Part shown: positions 39,406 through 47,845 of the stretch, one piece after another | How positions within the stretch are numbered: position 1 is the first letter of the stretch | Layout: the number at the start of each line of letters is the position of its first letter | DNA from: Planctomycetota bacterium | Lineage (GTDB): Bacteria > Planctomycetota > PLA2 > JAEUHO01 | Direction: 5' to 3' | NCBI GenBank assembly: GCA_965223505.1 | Contig: CBDCWP010000030.1 | Location: 160,001 to 224,000 of the forward strand | DNA length: 64,000 nucleotides | Program-made: the position numbers and the translations under genes | Notes under the pieces: model-generated | Database searches by the model: none | What the model was told of the DNA's origin: nothing | Seen by the model: only the letters and a program-made list of their open reading frames with translations

Positions 39406-40599
39406 CTACCCGCCGTCCGGCGGCCATTGCTGATCGAACAGAATACCGGCGTGGCGGCTCAGCACCGCCCTGACGACCGCGCCAATGCGCCACGCAGTCT
39501 CGTCGGCGTCTGGTTGGTGTGGCTCCGACCACAACTTCACCAAGGCGCTGCGCGCGCTCGAACGCGGCCTCTCGGACTCCTGCTGCGAAACTACGAATGC
39601 CCGCACGTCAGCCAAAGCGGACTTGCTCCGCAGCACGACTCTGGCTAGTGCTTCTGCTACCTCTTGCCGCTTCTCGTAGCTCTTAAACTTCGTCGGTGCC
39701 TCACGGACGATTTTGGCCAGCCCCTCTTGGAGCAGCCCACCCCGGAGGGCCCTATCCGTCATCACAACTGTGCTCGCAGCGCCTGGGGTCTTCAATGTGG
39801 CTCGTATCTTGGACAGCCACTTCTCTTGGGTGATGGACACCTTGCTCCGCCGCACCAGCGCCAACTCCGCTCCATTTCCTGCCTTGCGCGCCCGTGCCTC
39901 GACCAGAAGTCCTGTAGCAGGATCAATCGACATTCGGGCGCGTATTGAAGTGAGCACTACCTCGGGTCGAGTTGATGTAACTGTCTTGCGCTCGAAGAAG
40001 TCACGTTGGAGCCAGCTTGCCGACGAACGACCGCCGATGCCAAGCCCGGCGCGGAAACGAACCCGGTCACGTGCTATCTCGTCAATGACAATCCTCACAA
40101 TCGTCTTCTTGGGAGAGATCGTGACCGTTGGAATCCCTGAGTCAGAGCAAATACGATCGACTTCCGACTGCAGCTTGTCGACAACTACGGCGACCAATCC
40201 CGGGCCAGGAAGAGCTGCTTTCAGTTCGCCGTTTGAGGCGACAACGATGCGAGATCGGTCAGCTGCGCACCACGTCTCTTGCTGAACGCCCTCCCGCTTG
40301 ACCGAATAGAACAAGCCGAACGCTTCGTCCTTGCGGAACAACTCGACGATGCCGCTCAGCGCCTTCATGTTCGGGGGGTCGCCGGGCCTGAGTTCAAGGT
40401 CAAACGAGACGTGTATGTGCTTCTGCTCTTCGAATCTTGCTACCAGCTGCTCCCGAATCGACTTGGTTCCTTCACCGTCGTCTGCATGAGCGACAGAGCC
40501 ACAGCACAGGAGCGCGATCAACGCACAGGTGACTCGCGCTCTCTTGAGAGGCCGCCTAGAAGTCAAACCCCACACCGGCGAACGCGCTGGCTTCATCAA
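39406..40599 (-). CDS. Uncharacterised secreted protein (paralogue of 46309-47475)
   Basis: Signal peptide ending AHA; shared RFEEQ.HIHV, ADRSR, IDPATGL..ARARKAG; true start probably a little internal. Confidence 0.7.
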   Translation of the reverse strand: MMKPARSPVWGLTSRRPLKRARVTCALIALLCCGSVAHADDGEGTKSIREQLVARFEEQKHIHVSFDLELRPGDPPNMKALSGIVELFRKDEAFGLFYSVKREGVQQETWCAADRSRIVVASNGELKAALPGPGLVAVVVDKLQSEVDRICSDSGIPTVTISPKKTIVRIVIDEIARDRVRFRAGLGIGGRSSASWLQRDFFERKTVTSTRPEVVLTSIRARMSIDPATGLLVEARARKAGNGAELALVRRSKVSITQEKWLSKIRATLKTPGAASTVVMTDRALRGGLLQEGLAKIVREAPTKFKSYEKRQEVAEALARVVLRSKSALADVRAFVVSQQESERPRSSARSALVKLWSEPHQPDADETAWRIGAVVRAVLSRHAGILFDQQWPPDGG

Positions 40600-41464
40600 G
40601 ATCCCATGGGACTTCGACCACGATCGTCACGAGTTTGCCTGAGGGGAGCTTCTTGACAAAGCTCAATTGGAACGAATTGGAGTCTGCGTCGAAACCGAGG
40701 AAGCGACTAGCTCCTACTGTGATCCCCCAGCCAGCTGGGGATGGTGGACTGGGAACTCCGGGATAGCTCGGAGAAGAGATTGGATCGAAGTGCGGTTCCC
40801 AGTCCGCGAAGTCCCAGGGGCGAATCAACCTGATGAGTTCAATTATCAGTTGAACAATCCACCAATTCGAAGGCCGACTGCCGCCGGGACCAAAGCCATG
40901 AGGCCCGACGCTTGACGGCGCTCCCCCCCCACCCGCCCCCGCGTCAGGGGGATCGAACTCAGCCGGGCGCTTGAATGGAGGAGTCCATTCGGGAGGAACA
41001 TCTCCATGCTCCAGGATGTACTCAAGAACCCACTTCAACTCCTCAAAGAAAGTCAGTCCTTGCGGGATGACAGAGGTGGGTTGTGATTTGACCACTGAAG
41101 GGGTGCCCGGTCGGATCGGAGTCGGTTGCACCAACGGGCTGCCACCGCCGAAAGCGCTCGGAGCGGACCCAGGGGGCCCTCGGAACGGATCATGTCCCCC
41201 CGGTGCGAATGGATCTAGGAGCGGGCCAAAGGGGTCGGCAGGCTGGCCTTGGGGATCCGCAGACGGGCCCCAGGGGTTCGCAGACGGACCGCGTGGGGGA
41301 TCCCCGGACGGGCTGAAGGGGTCGCCGTCGTAGGGAGCATATGGATCTCGTAGCCCGAAGTCCGGATGCTTCGCCGGGTCAGTTCTCCCCCCAGGATACG
41401 TGGTATCACCGAGGTCAAAGCCCGGCGGTTGTCGTCTGATCGGGTCGCCCTGCGGATCGCCCAT
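40556..41464 (-). CDS. Pro/Gly-rich DPF-repeat protein with conserved C-terminal beta-rich domain
   Basis: DPF/DPY/NPW repeats; C-terminus aligns to 47536-47845. Confidence 0.65.
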   Translation of the reverse strand: MGDPQGDPIRRQPPGFDLGDTTYPGGRTDPAKHPDFGLRDPYAPYDGDPFSPSGDPPRGPSANPWGPSADPQGQPADPFGPLLDPFAPGGHDPFRGPPGSAPSAFGGGSPLVQPTPIRPGTPSVVKSQPTSVIPQGLTFFEELKWVLEYILEHGDVPPEWTPPFKRPAEFDPPDAGAGGGGAPSSVGPHGFGPGGSRPSNWWIVQLIIELIRLIRPWDFADWEPHFDPISSPSYPGVPSPPSPAGWGITVGASRFLGFDADSNSFQLSFVKKLPSGKLVTIVVEVPWDLDEASAFAGVGFDF

Positions 41465-41479
41465 TGTTCACCTGCAATT

Positions 41480-41812
41480 CTAGTACGGGCGCCACGTGGG
41501 ACGTTGCATCAGGAAGTGAACGCCGTCGGTGGAGTCGTCTGCCGCGTCGAACGAGTACTTGAAGCGGAGGATCTCCTTGCAGCCAGTGAGATCGACGTCG
41601 ATCGTCGCCACTGAGCTTGCTCCTGAGAACGAGCCGAGAGCCGTGAACGACGTGTCTTCGGCATTCCGGTGCTCGACGGCAATCGTGAATGTCGGCGACC
41701 CCACCATCTGGGTGATGTCCGCAACGAAGGTTGCCGCGAGGCCACCACGCGCGAACTCCGGGCTGTAGTACGGCGTGCCGTCCATCTCGAATATTGATGT
41801 ACCTACGATCAT
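41480..41812 (-). CDS. Small beta-rich hypothetical protein
   Basis: GGAGG RBS; first gene of a tightly spaced three-gene run. Confidence 0.65.
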   Translation of the reverse strand: MIVGTSIFEMDGTPYYSPEFARGGLAATFVADITQMVGSPTFTIAVEHRNAEDTSFTALGSFSGASSVATIDVDLTGCKEILRFKYSFDAADDSTDGVHFLMQRPTWRPY

Positions 41813-41940
41813 AGCTCTCTCCTCCAACGCACCCTGAGTGCGCAGCCGTGGCGTCGTTTATCAAATGGACACAGAGTGTCCGGTTGGCCGCTGGCGGAAG
41901 AAGCGCCGCGAAGAGAAGCCGAGTCCCCCTCGAACGTTCT

Positions 41941-43338
41941 GGCAGAGCAACGTTCTTTCTGTAAATCGCTGAGCGGTTGATCAAGCGTCGTCCCTCGGCA
42001 AGTACCTCCGTCCGGTTTCCCATTCCTCGCTGATCTCGATGAGCACCGCGCTTGCGAGCCGCAGCAAGGACGCTTCGTTCGGAAACAATCCGGCGACGCG
42101 AGTGCGGCGGCGGATCTGCTGATTCAGGTTCTCGAGGCTGTTGGTGGTGCGAAGGCGCTTGCGCTGCGCTTCGTTCAGGCCGAGATCGAACACGGTGAAG
42201 CCCTGCGGAATGTTCTCTTCGGCCCAGCGCGCCAGGTCGGGCGCGGGCTTGTCCCACTTCTTCACGAAGGCCTTGAGCTTCTCTTCGGCCTCGCGACGCG
42301 ACGTCGCATTGAACGCGGCGCGAAGGTCAGCGGCAACGTCGCGTCGAAGCTTCTGGCGCGGAACGTAGCTCTGCGCGTTCTGCTGCAGGTGGAACTGGCA
42401 GCGCTGCCAGGCCACGCCGGCGAACCGCGCCGCCAGCGCGGCCGCAATGCCCTTGTGGCCGTCGCTGGTGATGAGCTCGACGCCGTGAAGGCCGCGATCC
42501 TGGAGAGAAGCGAGGAACTCGCGCCAATGGACCTCGGCCTCCGAGAGGCTCACGCTCGTTCCCAGCACGCTGCGCTTGCCGTGAGAATCGACGCCGATGG
42601 CGATCAGCACAGCGCAGTCGCGCACCGATCCGCCGTGGCGCACCTTCTCGTAGCGAGCGTCGAGTACGAGGTACTTGAACGCGCCGAGCGGACGTGTGCG
42701 CCAGCGCTCGAGCTCCTCGTCGAGCAGCGCAGCTGCTCGAGACACGCTCGTGGAGCTGATCTCCAGGCCGTTGCAAAGCACCTTCGTGATCGCCTCGACA
42801 CGCCGCGTCGAGACGCCCTGGACGTACATCTCCGCCAGGGCCAGCGTGAGCGCTCTCTCGCTTCGCTGGCCGCGTTCGAGGCTGGAGGGGTAGAACGTGT
42901 CGCCGCCCTCGACGTCGCGAACCTGGGGCACCTGGACGTCGATCTCGCCCAAGCGGGTTCTGACGCGCTTGCGCTTGAAGCCGTTGGCGTAGCCGCGGCG
43001 CTGATCCGTGCGTTCGTGGGGCTCGGCGCCGAGGAAGGCACTGCGTTCGACCTTCATGGCCTCGTTCACCAGCACCCGCATCGCCTCAGCCATGCCGTCG
43101 AACCCGTTCTCGCTGAGCGCTTCCAGTGCGTCGCCCCAAGGCGTACGCTGTTCGTGGTGGGTCACGTCGTTCCTCCTTTGCGTGGTGTCGTTACCTGCAA
43201 AGGTACGGCGTTGATCCGCCACTCAGTTCGCCCCGGGAGATGGCGGCGCGCCCGCTTCGCTTGAATCAGCTAGCTGATTCAAGCGAAGCGAGCGCCTCTC
43301 CTCCGGGGAGCCATTTACAGAAAGAACGGTACACCCTC
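41941..43338 (-). mobile_element. IS256-family element, copy 1
   Basis: Imperfect TIRs sharing CGTTCTTTCTGTAAAT; 8-bp TSD AACGTTCT at 41933-41940 and 43339-43346. Confidence 0.95.
41981..43222 (-). CDS. IS256-family DDE transposase
   Basis: MYVQGVSTRRV, LDARYEKVR, SDGHKG, WQRCQFH, RTTNSLE. Confidence 0.95.
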   Translation of the reverse strand: MADQRRTFAGNDTTQRRNDVTHHEQRTPWGDALEALSENGFDGMAEAMRVLVNEAMKVERSAFLGAEPHERTDQRRGYANGFKRKRVRTRLGEIDVQVPQVRDVEGGDTFYPSSLERGQRSERALTLALAEMYVQGVSTRRVEAITKVLCNGLEISSTSVSRAAALLDEELERWRTRPLGAFKYLVLDARYEKVRHGGSVRDCAVLIAIGVDSHGKRSVLGTSVSLSEAEVHWREFLASLQDRGLHGVELITSDGHKGIAAALAARFAGVAWQRCQFHLQQNAQSYVPRQKLRRDVAADLRAAFNATSRREAEEKLKAFVKKWDKPAPDLARWAEENIPQGFTVFDLGLNEAQRKRLRTTNSLENLNQQIRRRTRVAGLFPNEASLLRLASAVLIEISEEWETGRRYLPRDDA

Positions 43339-43697
43339 AACGTTCTTGCCTCCTGCGTACCAGTTGCTGCATCTATGACGGTAGCGCCTGCTGCGGGGTC
43401 GTCAACGGCCATTTGCGCGGCGGGACGAAAAACTAGTCAGAGCAAAGAGTGCGCCAGCAGCCATTTCTCCAAGAGAGTTTGCAACAACTGGTACTTGAGG
43501 AAGCTCGAACGAGTTCGAGAGACTACTGGCGCGACGGCACTGTAACGAACCAGGACGACGCACAAAGCGATTTGCGACCAAGGGGTAATCCGAAAGTACA
43601 GAGATGAGATGAGAAGGCCGGTCTCCCCTGTCCCGCAGTCGCGGTAAACCGCGCTGCAAATGAAACACGGGCTTGACGGCCCAAAGGGAGAACCGGC

Positions 43698-44747
43698 ATG
43701 ACGAATCGTATCACCGAGACAATCGGGGTGGATCTGGGGGACCGCTATTCGGCGTACTGCGTGATCGACGAGGGTTCGGGTGAGATGCAGGGCGAGGGGC
43801 GGATCCGTACGACGCCCAAGGGGTTTCGCGAGTTCTTCGCCAAGCGAGCGAGCTCGCGAGTGGTGCTCGAGGTCGGGACTCACTCGCCGTGGACGAGTCG
43901 CATCATTGCAGAGAGCTGCGAGCAGACGTTGGTGGCCAACCCGCGGCAATTGGGGTTCATCTTCAATAGCGCGCGCAAGTCGGATCGCGTGGACGCGCGA
44001 TTGCTTGCGCGCGTGGGACGCCTGGACGCGTCGTTGTTGTGTCCGATCCGGCATCGCGGACTGAAGGCACAGCAGGACCTGGCGGTGGTTCGTGCTCGGG
44101 CTGCGTTGGTATCGGCACGCACGAAATTGGTGAACAGCTTGCGCGGATTGACCAAGAGCTTCGGCGCCCGTATTCCGAAACAAGCCGCCAAGTCGATCAG
44201 CACGGAGACGCGCTCGCGCGTACCCGAAGAGTTGCGGGATGCCGTACGACCGCTCCTCGTTTCGATCGAGGGTCTCACGGGCGAGATCAAGAAGTACGAC
44301 AAGTTGATCGACGATCTAGCGACGACGCACTATCCCGAGATCGGGGCACTGACGCAGGTGGCCGGCGTGGGCAATCTGACGGCGTTGACATTCGTGCTGA
44401 CGTTGGAGGACCCGGCCCACTTCGCCGAGAGCCGCGACGTGGGGGCGTTCCTGGGACTGACTCCCAAGCGCGACCAATCAGGTGAGACCGACAAACAGCT
44501 GCGCATCTCGAAAGCCGGCGACAAGGTGCTTCGCACGCTACTGGTTCAGTGTGCTCACTACATTCTTGGGCGCAACGGACCACCGAGTGACCTGAAGCGC
44601 TACGGCGAACGGGTTGCCTCACGGGGCGGAAAGATCGCGAAGCGCAAGGCGGCGATCGCCGTGGCACGCAAGTTGGCGGTGCTTCTGCACTCGCTATGGC
44701 GAAGCGGCGAAGCGTACGTGCCCGAGCGAAAGGCCGTTTCCGCGTAG
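43698..44747 (+). CDS. IS110-family DEDD recombinase/transposase
   Basis: GVDLG, VLEVG, KSDRVDA, GVG, GLTP..QSG, AVARKL. Confidence 0.95.
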   Translation: MTNRITETIGVDLGDRYSAYCVIDEGSGEMQGEGRIRTTPKGFREFFAKRASSRVVLEVGTHSPWTSRIIAESCEQTLVANPRQLGFIFNSARKSDRVDARLLARVGRLDASLLCPIRHRGLKAQQDLAVVRARAALVSARTKLVNSLRGLTKSFGARIPKQAAKSISTETRSRVPEELRDAVRPLLVSIEGLTGEIKKYDKLIDDLATTHYPEIGALTQVAGVGNLTALTFVLTLEDPAHFAESRDVGAFLGLTPKRDQSGETDKQLRISKAGDKVLRTLLVQCAHYILGRNGPPSDLKRYGERVASRGGKIAKRKAAIAVARKLAVLLHSLWRSGEAYVPERKAVSA

Positions 44748-44799
44748 CGGCTGCCTTGAATAGCCACGAACGCGGCGACAACACCAGATTTCACGCTTC

Positions 44800-44945
44800 A
44801 TCCCGAGTCCGGGCGACTGCGGTGTACCTGGCGGACGCAATGCGACGTCGCTACTGAGATTGCAGCGCCCCGGCTCACTCGGATCTCCTCATGCACCGGA
44901 CCTCAGATGCAGGTCCACCAAGAGTGCGTATAGAAGCCTGGGCAG
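44800..44945 (+). ncRNA. Putative bridge RNA / seekRNA
   Basis: Two stem-loops carrying short matches to target flanks and to the element's ends; boundaries approximate. Confidence 0.7.
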
Positions 44946-44985
44946 GAGCGTGCCTCTGGAAACGTGGCCGCCGACGCGGCTCGAC

Positions 44986-44991
44986 TTGACA
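44986..44991 (+). promoter_or_regulatory. Outward-facing -35 box in the IS right end
   Basis: Perfect TTGACA abutting the right subterminal IR. Confidence 0.55.
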
Positions 44992-45025
44992 AGATCGGCC
45001 TTCTCATAGAAGCCAGAGCATTTTC

Positions 45026-45075
45026 TCACCATTAGCGCTAGCCAAGACACTCACCATTAGCGCTAGCCAAGACAC
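45026..45075 (+). repeat. 25-bp tandem duplication
   Basis: TCACCATTAGCGCTAGCCAAGACAC twice. Confidence 0.9.
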
Positions 45076-46046
45076 TTTGAGGCCACATTGGCGCAGCGAC
45101 TCCGATACTCAGGATCGTGAACCATGAGGTAGCGGTGCTGTACTTGGCGTTTGGTGGCGGTCGACGCCGTGCAGTTGGTGTAGCGCGTTATCGCTGCGTA
45201 GGTGAGGCCGGCAAGCTCACGCAAGAGACCGACCGTAAGCACCGGCCATGCATCCCGCTTTCGCGTTCCGCTCACTGTGCACCGAAGCTCGAGGCCGCGA
45301 GACTCCTCCGCCACGACCGCCAGCACTCGCGATGCCGCCACGTACGGCAGGCCGGGCTTGGTTCCGTCCGCCAGACGCGCCTTACGCAGCATCCACGACA
45401 TTACGCGCGAGGGTGCTGCGCCGACAAGCGAGTCCCAGCAGTCATCGCCGTGCGCCGCCGTCGACAGACGCAATTCGATGACTGCGCACTCCTCCGATGA
45501 GATATCCCGTCCGAACCGTCGTTGATACGCCAGCGCGCGTTCGGTGGGACGACATCGTCCTATGCGCGCGTCGATCCACTCGCCCCAGAGCCACGGGGGC
45601 CGACGCCGGCGCGTGAGATGGAACGCACTGCAGAATGGGTATTCTCGCGAGGCCGTGACCAGGCGCGCGTCGAGCGCATTCTGGTCGATGTATCGAACAA
45701 GGACTGTCGCGTATCTCTCCGAGCGCACCGGCTTTGACAGAAAGCGACTCCGGAACAGCGGCCCGTCTCTCCTACGAGTGCGGTTGAAGTACCTCACGTA
45801 GAGATTCTGGACACGCTGCATCACACCCGAGAGCTCGCCGGTCGTGCTTTCGAGGAGCAGATGGAAGTGCGTTGACAGAATGGCGTACGAGACGATCCGG
45901 ATTCGGCCGCGCCGTACCTCCCGTGCGAGCAGCGACAGGAAGAACCGCGCGTCTTGCCTCGTCTCGAAGACGGTCCTACGCGCGAGCCCACGGTTCATCA
46001 CGTGGTGCAGGAGCCCGGGGTGGTCGACTCGTTGACGTCTCGGCAT
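45063..46046 (-). CDS. HUH Y1 transposase-like (RAYT-type) protein with C-terminal HTH
   Basis: MPRRQR..HHVMNRG, HFHLL (HUH), GPLFRSRF, RYIDQN (catalytic Tyr). Confidence 0.88.
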   Translation of the reverse strand: MPRRQRVDHPGLLHHVMNRGLARRTVFETRQDARFFLSLLAREVRRGRIRIVSYAILSTHFHLLLESTTGELSGVMQRVQNLYVRYFNRTRRRDGPLFRSRFLSKPVRSERYATVLVRYIDQNALDARLVTASREYPFCSAFHLTRRRRPPWLWGEWIDARIGRCRPTERALAYQRRFGRDISSEECAVIELRLSTAAHGDDCWDSLVGAAPSRVMSWMLRKARLADGTKPGLPYVAASRVLAVVAEESRGLELRCTVSGTRKRDAWPVLTVGLLRELAGLTYAAITRYTNCTASTATKRQVQHRYLMVHDPEYRSRCANVASKCLG

Positions 46047-46124
46047 GAGGTTCGCCGGGACATCGCGCGAACGTCGCTGCCGGTCACGCTATTGGTGAGA
46101 AATTGCTCTGGCTCGGTACGGGTG

Positions 46125-46177
46125 TGGAGCCCCGGGTCGGGTTCGAACCGACGACCCCCGCTTTACGAAAGCGGTGC
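46125..46177 (-). repeat. Middle att site: tRNA-Thr 3' 53 nt
   Basis: Exact copy of 49974-50026. Confidence 0.93.
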
Positions 46178-46271
46178 CTGTCAACACCAGATGGGTCTCT
46201 TGAGTCAATGAGCACAGTCCACGACGTGCGGACTAGGACTACGGGAACATGAGGGTTTGGGGGGCGTCAAG
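46178..46271. repeat. Conserved att-arm sequence, copy A
   Basis: 86/94 identical to 39267-39360. Confidence 0.88.
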
Positions 46272-46308
46272 ACAGGGGCGTAGGGGCAAGCCGACGTACG
46301 ACGCGAGG

Positions 46309-47475
46309 CTAGCCCTTCTTCCCGGCAGGCCAAGCTGCGTCAAAGTGCTTTCTGGCGTAGCGGCGTAACGCTGCTTCCACCTCGTCGCTCACGCTTCTCT
46401 CGATGTCGGAGTCGTCATGTCGGCTCTGCGATGCGACCCAAGTTCGAGTGACATGCTTGCGCACGTCAGCGCGCGATGGCGCAAGGACCCGGCGTTTCGC
46501 GATCATGGCACTCACGTCCAATCGACCAGACTCACCCCCCAAGATCACCGCTGCCAGTCTCTCTGCCGCGTCCGTCAGACGCTTCGGCTCCACTAGCGCG
46601 TCCGGCGATTGTCCCGCGATGGCCATCAATCCTTCGTATAGAAGATGCGAGCGAATCTCGCGCTCTCTCCGAGGGTCCAGCGCGGCGACACCACTCGTCG
46701 CCGACGCAATGACTCTTTGGATTCTCGACGGCCACGCACTGGCTTGTATCTCAACGGGACGACGCTTCATGCGGATCTCGTCCCCGGTCCCCGCCTTGCG
46801 CGCATGAGCCGAGAGTGGGAGTCCCGTAGCACGATCGATGCGCATGGCCGCTCGCGTCGAGCGCAGAATCACCTGGTTCGTCTTCTCGTCGACTACGACC
46901 TTCTTTCTCTTAAAGAGATCCTCGTCCAGCCATGTCGCGCCGACGCCAGAATCGACCCCCATCCCCACGAAGAGGCGTATCCGGTCGTTCTCCTTTTCGT
47001 CTACAAGGATCTTGAATGTGACGACCACTGGCGAGAGCTCAACTAGCGGGATCTTCCACTCTTTGCAGAGACTGCTAATCACGCCTTGCGCCCTCGCTGT
47101 CTCGGCACGAATCAATTTCCATGCGACTGAGAACGCGTATACGGGCTTACCACCTGCAACCGCAACCATACGGGTCCTATCGGCTACAAACCACGACACG
47201 AAGTTGGAGTCGCCATCGGCGACTCTGTGGGAAACGCCATGCAGATCGCCCTCGCGAAACACCTCGAACACGCTGTTCATTGCGGGCGTGGACGATGCGC
47301 TTCCCGGATTGACGCTGAGCGTGTACGCAACATGAATGCGCTCTTGCTGCTCAAAGCGATCTACGAGTTCCTTTCGGGCGGCGGCGGCGTCGGAGGCCTC
47401 GTCCGCACTGACGACGGCGACCGCGAGCAGAAGAACAGCCAGCGAACGAAGCACAATCATGGTCGTCAGTTTCAC
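46309..47475 (-). CDS. Uncharacterised secreted protein (paralogue of 39406-40599)
   Basis: Signal peptide; RFEQQERIHV, ADRTR, IDRATGL..AHARKAG. Confidence 0.75.
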   Translation of the reverse strand: MKLTTMIVLRSLAVLLLAVAVVSADEASDAAAARKELVDRFEQQERIHVAYTLSVNPGSASSTPAMNSVFEVFREGDLHGVSHRVADGDSNFVSWFVADRTRMVAVAGGKPVYAFSVAWKLIRAETARAQGVISSLCKEWKIPLVELSPVVVTFKILVDEKENDRIRLFVGMGVDSGVGATWLDEDLFKRKKVVVDEKTNQVILRSTRAAMRIDRATGLPLSAHARKAGTGDEIRMKRRPVEIQASAWPSRIQRVIASATSGVAALDPRREREIRSHLLYEGLMAIAGQSPDALVEPKRLTDAAERLAAVILGGESGRLDVSAMIAKRRVLAPSRADVRKHVTRTWVASQSRHDDSDIERSVSDEVEAALRRYARKHFDAAWPAGKKG

Positions 47476-47535
47476 CCCGCGCGGTTTACCGAGTTTCGGT
47501 AGGAAGTCTTGGGTGGCCCTCGCGCCAGCAGCCCC

Positions 47536-47845
47536 CTAAACGTCAAAGTCGATGCCGACAAAGAACGGGATCTTCCCGTCTTCCGGCAGCTCGACTACAA
47601 CGTAGACCTTCGCACCGTTCGCAAGTCTATAGACTATGCCGACGCTATTACTGGAAACTCCGAAGAAACCGATTGGACTCGCTCCCGGTGATATGGGGAC
47701 TCCCCATTTTCCTACGTACGGCGGCTCCTCCGGGGGAGGAAAGCCAAAAGCAGTGGGCCCAAAGTAACCAGGTTTGCTTTTGCCACTCCAGCCGAACATT
47801 TCCCACAGGAGATCCGTTAACCATTCGATGAGCCACGCATTTGCT
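47536..47845 (-). pseudogene. 3' remnant of a paralogue of 40556-41464, truncated by IS256
   Basis: WLIEWL..WG....GAS..GF..SNS..L.NG..V.VVVELP..FVGIDFDV aligns with the C-terminus of 40556-41464. Confidence 0.7.

Larger units (their letters stand above)
43604..45012 (+). mobile_element. IS110-family element with IS1111-type layout
   Basis: Subterminal IRs 43609-43624 and 44992-45007 (15/16); AG core at 43602-43603 and 45011-45012; long downstream non-coding end. Confidence 0.9.
43596..46119 (-). mobile_element. HUH Y1 (RAYT-like) unit bounded by 33-bp inverted repeats; left repeat split by the IS110-type element
   Basis: 43596-43603 joined to 45013-45037 matches the reverse complement of 46087-46119 at 30/33 positions. 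Confidence 0.75.
39267..46124. mobile_element. tRNA-Thr-integrated element B (no integrase visible)
   Basis: Bounded by tRNA 3'-end copies; visibly less GC-rich than the flanks; shares arm and cargo with element A. Confidence 0.75.
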
